Shown here: positions 11,870 through 24,350 of the stretch, piece after piece | Position numbering within the stretch: position 1 is the stretch's first letter | Layout: each line of letters opens with the position of its first letter | NCBI GenBank assembly: GCA_973851085.1 | Contig: OZ316775.1 | Span: forward strand, 22,878,001 to 22,942,000 | Length of the DNA: 64,000 nucleotides | From: Ptychomitrium polyphyllum | Lineage: Eukaryota | Direction of reading: 5' to 3' | Notes under the pieces: generated by a model | Told to the model about the DNA's origin: nothing | Databases searched by the model: none | The model's input: only the letters and a program-made list of their open reading frames with translations | Position numbers and translations under genes: made by a program

Positions 11870-13980
11870 AAAATGGCTACCTACTTACTAAAGTGCTGCA
11901 GTTGGCTGTTAGGCTCATGAAAAATTTATGATGCTTCCAACTAGAACTACAGCTTCAGACATAGCAGTCATACCAAATTTGGTCTATCTGGTGTCAAAGA
12001 ACCATGCAAATCATCCAGAAGGACTGGAAGCTTCAGTCTTTTGTCAAACCACAATCTTTATATGGTGGGAATACATCTAATTTGTAACCAAAGAAAGTTG
12101 TTGCCCCTGTTCTCAATTGTGAACGGTCTGTTTCTGAGAGTCCCTGATGACAGAGCAAGAGCATGTTTCCTGGAGATTGGGACTCATGCATAGGTGCACC
12201 ATGCATATCATTTTCAATCACCACCAACCTAAAGTTATAGTTTTGAAATGTTGCTAGAGGATTTCCTCAAAATACTTGAATAGAAAGAGACCTTTTAATA
12301 TACTGTTCCTCAAGTTGAATACCACTCATCCAACAAAGTCACCATGTCATTTCAGCCTTATTTATACCCTACTGCCTCTATCTACACTTGGGACCACCAA
12401 TGTTCTATTCATATAAGAGTGTTTTAAAATTTTGTACAGGTCAGGTGCTCCTGTTCCTTTAGTCTTACTTGAAATGCATATTTTAATCTGTTTGACAATG
12501 AAGTTTGGAATATAATGTAAGAACATACATCATTAAAAAATATCAAGCTGCGGAAGGTGAACTTCAACCCTTTATCACTGAGTACTGATAAATGAGCTTG
12601 GTAGCCAATTCTCTAGGGTGTGCAGCTTTTAAACTACTACTCTCAAAAAACAAATGGTATAACAGACAACCTATATTTTATGCTTTCTTCTTCCATGAAG
12701 CTCCCTAATACTATGCAGATCTTGCTCTGCAGGATAACTGCATGTATGCCATGTCCTTATCAGTTTATAAAACAAGTACCTACTTCATTGCAAAAAAATT
12801 CTTCCAGGTAATTAACAGGATTTGTAGTTGTTTTTGTTGTGATCTTGATGACAATTACGTACAAAGTTGTGTTCTTCTAAAGCCTTCCAGAATATTCTAC
12901 TAATTTGAACACAATTTCCTGCCTCTAACATATTACTAACTGTTGACTGGACGGTGACAATGTTGCCCAGCATCACCCAGCCAATTTTGGTGACAGGAGA
13001 TTTTTGAAGTATTGCAATTAACTTATTTTAGTTCACAATCAGTGAGTCAACCTTTTGGTAGATCCTTTTCATGATTTGCAAACTACTGCATAGTAGAGCG
13101 GGTACAAGTAAAGTGTTGTGCTCTTGGGATAGTTGTTTGGCAGAATTCACTTGATGTTTCCCACTTGAATGGAACTGTTGCATAAAGTGGTTTTTAATTC
13201 AAAGGCATATGTATCATGGAATGAAGACATCTACAAGTACGTTGTATTCTGATTTGCATGTTAAGCTTGGTAAATGCAAGTGCTTCTTACAAGAATACAA
13301 CTCAAATAAAATCATGTCTGGCTCTAGAAAGTTTGCAATTAAGTCTAGGGTGTTGGCATGGTCACTTTCAAGGGATTTCATACTCAAGGTTGGAGCAGTG
13401 GTTTAATTCACCCTCTCCCCACATTACCTTATCAGAGCTACTGCTTACTGCTTCAACTTGCCAAGAACTCATTGTTGACTTCATTGTAACAGTGCATATA
13501 AAACTACCACAGTGACTGAGTTTATTTACTGTCAATTAGTCAATTACAATATGTCACTAGGAGCTTGTGACAATGTAGCAGTGTGTTGGTTCTTACTTTG
13601 GTTTCATGACATGATTTGGTGTGGACAACTCATAAAATGCATACACAACAAGTCAATCCATGATCCGACATGTTGGCTGAAGAAGTTGTACAGCAACAAT
13701 AAAGACTTCCCTGATGGCCCTATTTCTTGTATTCTGATTTCCATGTTTTCTTCATCCTTTTAAGACAGAACCAGTGGATTGACCCCAGTAATAATGCTAC
13801 TGGTTTTGCTTTACAAGAACAAATATTTTGACATGCTTGTTGTTCCTTCAAGAAGCAATGTGCCATGTTTTACCAGTCAAATATGTAATATTGTTCAGTA
13901 CCACCATCTCTGTGCTTCAGTTAATGTGCCATATTACCAAACACACCCTCACTATTTTGCTTTTTAGTTTCTTACTTTCT
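11870..13980 (-). mobile_element. Ancient dispersed repeat, probably an L1-type LINE ORF2 relic
   Basis: Colinear homology with 23100-24320 (e.g. aatgagcttggtagccaa at 12591 vs aatgagcttggtggccaa at 23635; gctcttgggatagttgtttgg at 13120 vs 24206). Frameshift-joined minus-strand text 'IK*ILP..IPRAQHFTCTRS' and 'LQKS..KIGW..L' resembles L1 RT motifs (ILPxII..Q..F..GR; D..KAFD.V.W). Confidence 0.45.
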
Positions 13981-16900
13981 AAGGTGAGGGTGGGTTGCCT
14001 CAATTAGTTATGAATTATCATAAAATAATGTAATCACACCCAAATCCAATCAATTCTTTGATTCCCACAATAATTTTGTGTTATTTCTTCATATAAGATC
14101 CTTTCATAATATTATTTTCCATATGTGAAATGGGCATATCAAGCATCTCCTTTGAATTCAATCATTAAGGCATCATTAATACTAACACATTCATTGTGCA
14201 CACTTTATAATTGCTCAAATTTCATGAGAATTACTACAATTACTTTCAAAAATTTATAAAAATTTATTTTTTTATCAAAGTTAATGTATAGAACACTCAT
14301 AGGGACTTCCAAGCTTATAATTAAGAATGTTATGGAAAAACCCACAATTATCTTATAAAGTGTGAAATTAATTATAAATGATGATGAAGCCATGTGGCAA
14401 CAAATGCATGAAAACATGAATTTAATTTGATATTTCAAAACACAAATTCTTTCAATTTTCAATTGAACAATGTTCTGGTGATGAAATTGTATTTATAAAT
14501 GATAAGATTATTTTTTTGAAAGTAAATGTTTAAATGAGGCCATAGAAGAATGTTATAAATAAAATAGAAGTCAAGTAGAATATAACTTTATTATTATTCT
14601 ATATTTGTCAAATAAAAGATATTGAATATTTTCAAAACTCATTATAAGTACTAATATTTTATATGTAATTATTAAAGAAAAATGTACAAGCATGTAAATA
14701 AGAAAACCTTGCCCAAAAATCAAATTTCATAAATTAAAAAAAAATTGAAAATTTATAAAAAGAATTGAAAACAATGTTCACTACTTATATTTAAATGTAT
14801 CAAATAATACCATAGATTGATTGCTTAAAAGTGTTCCAAAGTGCTCAATCTAAAAGCTTAATGTCATATGCATTTTTAATACATAGAAGGAACAAATGAC
14901 AAGCATAAAACATAAAATGCATTTTTGTAGAGTAATCTCTTTGCTTTCAAATTGTATCTAATTCTTTGTGCCATGGCTAATTCTTTGTTGTTTCTTGGCA
15001 ATGTGGATGTTTTGTACTTCACCAAACTTCTTGGATTTTCTTTTTACAAGACTACACAAATTTGTTTAATTTTTAAAGAACTAGATTTATTCAATAAATC
15101 TTTCTTTAATAAAATAATTTTCAAATAAATAATTGCTTAACATGATCTTTAAAAAATTAATGACATAAGAAAATCATTAGAAAACACTTATGTAACTAAA
15201 ATAACCTTACAATGTCAAAAAATGGCCTAAATATTTCAAAATAAAAGGTGTTCAGAACCAAATTTCCTTAAACTAAATTGCTTGTCAAATATTTACAACA
15301 CTTTGGATTGATGCAATTCAATTTTTATTGTAGCAACAAAGTTAGCCTGGAATCCAATTCAACAATTTTGTTAATACTAAACACTAAATTGAAGAAAAAC
15401 AGATCCTTGATGTTTTAATCAGCTTAAAAGTTAATGAATTGGCATATTAACAATTAAATACATCAACAGTCTATATTACTAAAAATTGGTAGTTACATGT
15501 TTAATAAAAATTCCAATTAAAAATATTAAGTTTAACATTTTTTATTCTAAAGCACTAATGAAATTATTAAAAAGACTTTTCAGTAGATTGATGCATGTTT
15601 TTTATAAACCATGTCCAATTTTTGAAATATTTTTCAAAAAAAAAGTAATTTTTTGAAAGCAGTCTTGTTGCAGTTTATTCAACTAATCTCTTAATATCAA
15701 AAATTCATTTATTATGTTTCATTAGTAACCATTTCAAAGTAATCATATCTTACAAAATTACATAATTTTTTCCATCAATTATAAGACCTTCAATTAGATC
15801 CATAAACAAATGTATGCAATTCCTTACATTGAAGTTCACTACATAAATTAGAACATTATAGCATCTAAAGCAAGGAAAAAGTTATTTTTGCACTATATAT
15901 GACAAGATGAGCAAATTTCAACTCTTATATGAGATTTTTGTACTACTATAGAAAACCATGTTAAATATTTGTGTATCAAATTCAAGAGCTACATATTCTA
16001 TTTTTACAGGCTCAAGTTTTTATAAAATCTTACATGAACAAATTTAGATAGGTAGTAGCTTAATATTTTTGTGAGAAACTGTAAGAAAAAATTTATACCA
16101 ACCAACATAGGCATATCAAAATATGTGACATTTGCTTTATTGTGCTAACAAAATAAAAAAGGTTTATATTCTTATTTATTTTTTGATTTCTTTTTTTATG
16201 GTGGATTTATTATAAAATATGATTACTTATTTCTAAAGCTCCTTTTATCAAAGAAAAAGGGTGTGTTGTGATATATGGCAATTATATTTACATATTTAAC
16301 AGTAATTTTAATAATTATTATAAGAATTTTTTTAAAGAATTATGGTGCTTTTATTGTAGGATGTATGTAGTTGCTTTAACACTAGCTATAATTACCATAA
16401 ATGGATCTTATCCCAAAAATTTAAAGGAATTATTTTATTTTCAAAAGTAGCTTTTTATGTTATACTGTATGCATTTAAATAATGCATGCAACCTTATATT
16501 TATATATTTATCCATTATCTAATGCAATTCATGTCATTTTTTTTCAACGTTTCTATTTACCACCCTCTAATGTTACCATGGTCTTTGGCTATCATTTTTT
16601 TAATTATCAAGGTTAATTTTTTTAATGATTTATAGGAATTGTATATATAAAGACAATATTGAAGAAGAAATTTGGATGGTACATTTGATTTATAAATTTA
16701 AGAATTAGAATTCATTTATAGTCTGTAGATTTGATAGAATAGAATAAATTAATTAAAACCATGTAAAGCCACAATTATTTAAGGTGTTTGTTGAAGTTGG
16801 TGTGGTGATTTGTAAAAATATCATTGTATTTCATTATTAAATATAGAATAAAATTTTGAATAAAAAGGTTCAATACTTGTAATATTCTCTAAAATGAAAA

Positions 16901-17814
16901 ATATATAAGGTAATTGTAAAAATAATCAAGAACAAACTTTATGAATTCATTTTTTTGTAAAAAAAAGATTCTAATCAATAATAATATTTAAAATACAAAA
17001 TTTTTAAGCCATTTCAAATGTTATATATGTATTGTTCTAAAAATTAATCAACTTTTTACTCCTATGTTCTTATATAATATATACCTTGAAAAAAAAAAAA
17101 ATTATTATAACTTCTCTTTATAAGTATACATTTAAGCTTATACATTAATTTAAGTTAATGCTTTATATTTGTTAATTTTTACACCAAAATCATTCAAAAA
17201 AAATTCGCTTATTTTATAATTTCTATATTTTAGTATCCCTAAATTTTGATAATATTTTAATAAAAATATGATTTAAAAATATTGTCAACTCTACTTAACA
17301 CTATTTGTATTACGATACCAAAATAATAATTGGTTTAAGATATTTTGAGGATACAATTCAATAGAAAAATGATCATTAACGCTTTCTTTAAAACAAAATG
17401 ATTTTATGCTTAAAGTTCATCACAAGTATAGCATATTAATTCATTTTTATTAGACCAATACTCACTGCCGCCACAGGCGCCCATGATCTGCTAAATAAAC
17501 GTTTTTGAGTGAATTTATCAACCCATTACAGGTGAATATCAGAACTGCTGGCACAAACAAAATGCGATCTCACAATATTATAACCGCTGACGTGGCCGAG
17601 ATTGAAAATTCAAGGGAAAATATACTTACTGAAGAATTTTCTTGTGATCTTCTAGAAAAAAGTCGAAAATGAGATTAGAAGAATCCTGAGGCTTTTCTTT
17701 CAGACGAATAGTACCTTGGGTTTCCATACGAAATAAATGGGCGTTGGCGAAGCCGTTACGCTCCATTTTACTGACCGTGAGTCCTAGCAGCCAGGTGAAA
17801 GGAAGGAGGGGGAA

Positions 17815-17873
17815 GGACGGGGGACGGGGGACGGGCGACGCGCGACGCGCGACGGGCGACGGAGACGCGCGAC
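17815..17873. repeat. GC-rich heptamer array (GGACGGG/CGACGCG) in the promoter region of gene copy 1
   Basis: About 8 units read directly; a 19-nt exact match (17830-17848) recurs at 29756-29774 upstream of copy 2. Confidence 0.75.
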
Positions 17874-19320
17874 ATGAGGCAGCAAGGCCCACGAGCATTA
17901 GCGTCAGCCTGAAGTCAGCCCGTCGGCGGTGACGGGCGCAACAGACGGACGGGAGTCGCGACGAGAGTAGCACGTCGATGGCGACGACGTCGGGACCATC
18001 CTCTCGGGCCCGCGCTTCCAGCAACAATTAACGCCACCCAGAAATGAAGTGACCCTCCTCGTTCCACTGTCGATAGATACCATTCCGCTACTTAGCCGAT
18101 ACTGGAGTGAAACCCAGTAGAAATCAGCGGAAGCTCAGACTAGTACCCGGAGCAAAAATTTAGCTTTCCAGGCGTGCTGCGCGACTTATTCTTTATTGTT
18201 TGTTTGGGGGAGTAGACTCTCGCACACTCAGCTCTCGGAGTGCCGTGAGAGGAGCCACTCGGACAGAGCAACTCTTCGATTGGAGGAGTTTGCTTCGTCT
18301 GGAAGGCCTTTAATGCTCGTCTCGCTCTGTGATCGTGCGCGCGCGCGCGCGAGGCCGTTGCAATTGAAGCGGAGACGGAGAGAGGAAGAGCGCACCAGAA
18401 TTCGGTTAGCAGAGCGGAGTGGTGATTGGTGAGGCGGAGTTGTTTGGCACGTTTGCCATTCTTGGTGCTCGCAGGGGGCCGTGTCTGCTGCGGGCGCGCG
18501 TCGTAGGAGCATATGTGATGATCCCGTTCCGCGTTTGAGGTTTTTCGGTCTGCCAAGATTAGGGGAGGGCGTTTGCGCGGGGTTTAGGAGGGCAATGGCG
18601 ATGACGGGAGGTGCGGTCGCGCATTGCTGCGTTCGCGAGGGTAGGCAGTTATGGAGCGATTTTCTTGTTCGGGAGGATAGGTCTTGTGGCTGTGTGAGGT
18701 TGTTAGTGGCGGAGTGACGGGATTGGTTGAGGGAGCGCGGAGGCGAGGGCGAGGGTTTGTCGTTGATAGCGTGAGAGAATTCTTGGCGAGGGATCTCCGT
18801 GGTGTGTCTTTGATTTTGAGCATTTTCTGGTTAAGGTGCTCCTTCGTAGGCTAATTTTCTTTCTACGGTAGTCCAAGGCGCTGGTGTACCAGCAAGGTGC
18901 GAGGTTTCTGTGACGTGTTTCTTGATTGTACCTTCTCCTCTTCGTTCGGCATCCGTTTGTATGCTTTCAGAAATTTCGTGGCACCGCGCAGTGTCGTTAG
19001 CATTTCCTTATTTCCTCACGCTCTCAGGACTTTCGGTATCCATCTCGAATCGTGTCCACCATATTAATCATCTGCATTTGCAGTTACGAATAAGCACCTT
19101 GTATTCATCCTTCAAGCTTACTGTTTCCTCTTAAATTCTCTCTCTCTTTTCGTATCCAATTCTCTCCTAGTTTCTCCAATTCTCTTGTTCAACACCTATC
19201 TGGTGCGCAATCGTTCACATGTACTTTTTTACGAGCAGTTACAGGCTTTGATACTTTATCAGAACAACTATCTCATATCAGAACAGGGATCGGCGCGCTG
19301 TTCTGTACTGTGTAGTCTCC

Positions 19321-21315
19321 ATGGCAGTAGAACCAGACCTGAATAGCGAGGTTTACCAGGAGTTTGACGTTCGGGTGGTGGAGAACGAGGAGCGGTACTT
19401 CTGCCTCCTGCCACCTTGCGTAGACAAGAATAAGTCGCTCTCGAATCGGCAGCATTGGATCACGCACAGAAAGTTTGTGCACAAAGAGAAGGACAACGTG
19501 AACCTGCCGAGCGGCCGCGTGATTCGCAAATGGCTGACGGAGAGGGCAGGGTATCAGCCGCTGGGACGCGTGAGCGCTTCGGTGGATCGGCGGATGATCA
19601 CGGCTCCGAGCATCGAAGAAGGCAACAACAAGACGTACAATCTGGTGGTGCATATTTCGGGGCTGATGACGCAACTGGGGAGCGCGTGGCAGGAGCTTGC
19701 TCGAGCTGTGCAAGACACGAACCAATGTAAGTGTTGGAGTGGAGTCCTGGGGAGTATGTGCTTTGACGATGAGAGGAGGAATTGCAGTTTGTTATGTGAG
19801 AAGCAGTAGAGAGAATAAGGTTGTGGCCATCCAGCATATGGTAAAGTATGGACGTGGTCATGTCGAGTTTCTGAGGGCTGTCACTTGGGGATTGTCTGGA
19901 GGCTCTTGCTTTTTAGACTCGAGGTTGTACTAGGAGCATGTTATATCCTTTTCTAGGCTTATCATTGACAGGTCGTTCCTTGTTAGGAAACTTAGGAGAA
20001 TGGACAGAGGTCCGTCCGGCTGTCTTAAGTGGCTATCCCATTCACGCCTTTGATTTGGACAGTGCTGGGGTATGAGTACTTGATTAGCATCAAGCTAGTA
20101 ACTAGTATGACTATCCCGTGCTGTAAGTCAGTATTTAGCTGATAGATAGACTACAGTGAGTATTCAGCAAATACGTATGACGTCTTTATGCTTCCTGTTT
20201 AGGAATTGTCATATTTGCGGTGTACACTGCCCTTTGATTCAGCAGCTAAGCAGTCTGCTACTCGTGCAACCTGCTTCCAGTCTTGATTAATTGTCCGTCG
20301 CAATATAACAGCTTATACTGCTCAGTGTACTCAAAACCCAACAACATAGCAGCACATGCATCAGTGAAAAACTTGCACCAACAGGTTGGTCTGTACCATT
20401 CTTACAAACCTCTCGTAGTTCCAGAGTGGCTCAGTGACTATCATCTAACAAGCTTGGTATTTTGAATAATTACCGATGACTCACTTCCACTCTAATTACG
20501 TTCTTATTGCAGCGCTGCCGCAAGCGGCCCTACCACGGATTGTTGCGGAGAAGGTGAAGGAGCTATACCTGAGTCTGGAGAGGGGGACCGCAATCGGTGG
20601 TGACCTGCCCAGAAGACCCGATGAGAGCAAAGGCAGGAAGCGAAGGAGGAAGAGGGACGAACAAGATGCAGAAGCTGGGGACCCAAGGGAGTGGGGGTCG
20701 ATGGGTAAGGCATTGGCGGATGGGATGCAGTTTCCGAAGCTGCTGAAGCCGCTGGATATCAGGGAAGGGCAACAAATATACCACGCTCCTCATGGTCACG
20801 AGCACGCAATGGAGGAAGGTGCGGTGGTGAGTAGCTCGGTTACCCTTCGCTTCTTGCACCACCTTTTTCGAAGGTTTGTAGAATTTTTTCCGAAACGGTT
20901 CTTGGGCTTCGGGACTTGGTGGATGAAGGCCTGGAGTGTGAGGCTTTCGCTTTCTCCTCCGTATTGCATGGGGTCTGGCTGTGATAGGGCCGTTGTGGAC
21001 TTATTTTAGTCATGTATTGGTGTTAGTGACGTGTTTGCGGGTGTGGAGTTGGTCCAGATGGGTGTGCGTGCATCTAAATACAGCGAACGTTGGGTGCAGG
21101 AAGATGACCATGAGATGCATGCAATGGGAGGGAGAGTTAGCGACGTCGGGTGGAGCCTGGCAGCACTGGCACCAGGATTGAGGTCTGATGGGTCGGTGAT
21201 GGCAGATGTGGAGCGAGGGGATGGAGGCATGGGAGGAGGGATGCACGTAGATAGGAATGACGTAGGGTCTCGGATGGAGGACCTGGTTCCGGTGGTGGGA
21301 ATAGGGGTGGGATGA
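19321..21315 (+). CDS. Uncharacterised nuclear protein with atypical C2H2-like zinc finger, copy 1; model exons 19321-19726, 20513-20826, 21100-21315 (~311 aa)
   Basis: ATG in 'ccATGG' context. Phase-compatible introns: GTAAGT at 19727 to TTGCAG at 20512 with CTAAT branch point, and GTGAGT at 20827 to GTGCAG at 21099 (alternative in-phase AG at 21057). Motif YFC-x4-C-x15-H-x4-H; basic NLS-like KGRKRRRKR. Probable 5'-UTR intron from 18897 to 19238 or 19244. Confidence 0.8.
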
Positions 21316-21318
21316 TGA

Positions 21319-21959
21319 GATGCATGTTCGGAACTGCACGCGAGGTGGTATGCGGGCAACTTGCCGCTGAGGCACAGGGAACTTCTCATGGAGAGTGATG
21401 GTAGAGAACTAGGTACGCTTTGCTGTTCTGTATGCGGCTTTTGAGTTGATTAAGCTGCTGTCACTTTCTCTCCTCGTCAAGTTGGAAATGTCTTTCTGAC
21501 TATCGAGAGTTTGTATGTTGTTTTGGCTCGAAAGACATTTTGTTTGTTGCTCTTATTCAATAATATTCTTGACCTGCATGGTTTGATTGATCTGTAAATT
21601 TGAGAAACATGATTATCGGTGGTAGATGCCGCCGTTCTTCCATGGGAAGATGTCAGTCTCCTTTTGAGACTACTATAATTTTGCAGTATTTATGTTCTTG
21701 AGGTCTCACATATTTCTCGGTTCATCTTTGGAGAACTGAAAGTGGACGCTTACTGGCAGGCACTGAGAAGGAACATGTGATCACGGCACCGAGTATGCAA
21801 GCGCAAGAGAGATATCGCTACCATGCAGTTCTGGAGATGCTTCCGGCGCATTTACAGGTTACGGGTTCTTTGACTTGGTCGAGGAGTCCCTTTGGAGTTG
21901 CAACTAGTTCTAGGCATTTCGTCTGCACCCAACCTCCGGGACGCATTCCCGGCTTATAG
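21319..21959 (+). CDS. Cryptic in-frame post-stop coding segment, copy 1 (21319-21412 + 21760-21959, 97 aa): second copy of the N-terminal domain
   Basis: Same frame as exon 3, immediately after TGA TGA (21313-21318). Intron AG|GTACGC at 21413 to GGCAG at 21759 preserves the frame. Translation DACSELHARWYAGNLPLRHRELLMESDGRELGTEKEHVITAPSMQAQERYRYHAVLEM... aligns with exon-1 residues 54-123. Mode of translation unknown. Confidence 0.6.
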
Positions 21960-22559
21960 AGAGATTCTGCCGGCAGGAGGATTAGTCAGTGGTTGAAGTG
22001 AGCTATTTCACTTCTCCATCATTAGCATCATCATCATACAAAGAGATCGACATCATCATTTTTTTCTGTAAATGTTTTATGGTTGTAGTCAGAGCTTTGA
22101 TGGCTTAATTGAATTTCCACCTTTTTCATGGACTCTGTGATTGGAATTGAAAGATGAGTAGTTTTTGTACGATGTGTAATGTGTATGGGAAATGTGCCTT
22201 ATTTTGTTGCCTTTTCCCTTTGGTATGGTGCTTGCTGTTGTTAGTATTCAGTGGAAACGTTATAGCTTATTTCTGATATCTGCTTTGGACATATTTTCTG
22301 ATTTTGTTTTTGTTTTGTTTTCTTGTTTTGCATGGATGGAACTTAATAGCTGTCTCAATTGTGCTGCATAGCAAGTGTTTGTTGTGTGTATCTTTGCAGT
22401 GATGGAAGGTTTAAAGCATTGTATCTTACAATTTAATAGAAATTCGTCATGGGTTGGAGACACAGTGGAAAGCGTTTGAAACATGCACAAGCAGGCATTT
22501 GTGACTGATTCTCACTTGCATATTGCTGCATGATAAGCATTAATGGATTGAGTTGCATT

Positions 22560-24350
22560 AATTGGAAGAGCAGTAATGCTTTTGCATGCTGGAACTTGCA
22601 GCATGTGTAAGTGTAGTTGATCCCTGCAAACTCAGCTCAATTGCTCATTCTTCAACTCTTATTCTGCTGGCCTTCAGCCCTGTAATATCCTAAAGGAAAA
22701 CTGGATAAGTTAGACACAGCCATGACAATATGTGAAGGACCTCTCCTACCTGGTGGTGTGTTGTCTAGGCTTTGCTTGCTTATTGTTCCTTTAATGTTGA
22801 ATTATAGTTGCATTTTGATCCAGAATCAGGATAGTGCAGCATGTCAGTTTAGGTACTTCTGGATTGTAGACTATAGCCACGTTCTCCTTTAATGTGTAGA
22901 CAATGGTACACATGGCTTTGCAATTTCAATCACAAGTGTAGATGTTACTTGGGTACATTTCAGTTTCAAGTTTTGTCCATTCCACTAATTCAGATTTGCC
23001 ATGATTCCTAAGATGCCCAATATTTGATCAGTGGTGCATCTACCTACTCATTAAACAGCTCCAAATGAACTTCAGCTTCTGAAAAAAACAAATCTTTGAG
23101 CCATAAATTGGAATATTCTATCTGTCACATGTCAACATTAGGGACTGTGATTAGGGAAGAACTACATTTCCTACTACCTACACTATGCCTTGCATGTAAA
23201 ACAAGAAATGGTCAGTTTCTGGGCTCTCAGATGACATTGCAAGAACATGCTTTGGGGACAGCAAGTACCCATGCAACCATGCATATCTTCTTCAATCACC
23301 AATTTCACCACCAACCTAAAGGTATAGTTTTTTCAAATGCTTCCAGAGGACCAGATCACTGAAAGAAAGAGACGGTGCCTTATTTTGAATCTCCTTATTC
23401 TGCTTGCCACCATGTTTTCTGAGCTTTGTTTTTACCAACTGCTTCAATTGACATTTGGGACCACAGATGCTGTGCTCTCTAATAGCTCCTTAAAACTGTA
23501 GCAGCCCAGCTCTCCAGTACAGTATTTAACCCTGGTTGAAAAGTATTCATGCTATTAGAAATATGATAAAGAAACCATTACATATAAATGTTGCAAAAAT
23601 GGTTAACTGCTATCTTGCAAGCTGTAAACTGTTGAATGAGCTTGGTGGCCAACTTTCTGTTTTCATAGCTTTATAATTACTACTCTCACCAAACAAGTTG
23701 TGTGAAAGAGGACCTAACTTTTATGCTTTTATCTCCTATGACTTGTCCCTAAGGCTGCATAGTGTGGATTGGTCACTGTAAGATAATTAACAAAAAATCC
23801 ATTAAATTTCTGGATACTATACGTTGCAAGGCTTATGGTCATCCACACCACAGAGAACAGGTATGTCAATTTAGAACCTTAGAAAAACAGCCTATCCTGT
23901 GGAGTATTGCCAAACAATTTCATTCACAAAGTTCTTTTTCGTGACTTTGTGTCAATAATATAGGTACACAGCACTTACTTGAAAAACCTTGAACATGTTA
24001 CTGACTTCAATACAATTTCAGGATTCTCCTGGGTTACTGACCACTGACTGGAAAGCAGCAGAACATTGCCCAGTTATTCATCTGAAGTAGGGTGACACTG
24101 GGAGTTTCAGAGTACTGCAATAAACTTGATCAGTAGAGTCAATGGTTGGTCCTTTGAATGAATTACAAATACCATCTGAAACAGCCAGTATGAATCAATT
24201 GTTTAGCTCTTGGGATGATTGTTTGGAGTAGTTGATGTTTTCCACTCCAGGGGTTGACGTGTATGTAAATTGACACAAAATCAAAAAGCCCATGTATCTT
24301 GCAACCAAGACATCTCACACTGCATTATAGGTTGCTTTAGTGCAGAGTGT
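22560..24350 (-). mobile_element. Ancient dispersed repeat, probably an L1-type LINE ORF2 relic (homolog of 11870-13980)
   Basis: Colinear nucleotide homology to 12.0-13.25 kb. Frameshift-joined minus-strand 'ACSC...PETDHFLF.C' near 23190-23260 resembles the LINE C-terminal CCHC (zf-RVT) motif. Boundaries approximate. Confidence 0.45.

Larger units (their letters stand above)
18330..22084 (+). repeat. Direct segmental repeat, copy 1 (near-identical to 30596-34347; offset 12263)
   Basis: Essentially all ORF-track entries recur identically. Differences seen only in the first ~50 bp and a C/T at 21387/33650. Identity ends abruptly after 'ttttatggtt'. Confidence 0.97.

Noticed and set aside
12500..12760. 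Giant-virus (NCLDV) D5-helicase-like relic suggested by 'IKYRLSVIPF'
   Set aside because: The motif is not preserved in the homologous copy at 23.7 kb, and surrounding motifs fit LINE ORF2 better.
19727..19809. C-terminal part of the 162-aa ORF-track protein (CKCWSG...)
   Set aside because: Lies past a strong GTAAGT donor; it is intron read-through. The same applies to the first 12 and last ~60 residues of the 177-aa ORF.
21313..21318. UGA-UGA as selenocysteine codons
   Set aside because: Land plants are not known to have the Sec machinery, no SECIS was recognised, and the aligned positions are not redox cysteines.
21312..21370. Box C (ATGATGA) and box D (CTGA) suggesting a C/D snoRNA
   Set aside because: Box C coincides with the stop codons, the terminal stem is only ~3 bp, no rRNA-complementary guide was recognised, and the stretch is better explained as coding.
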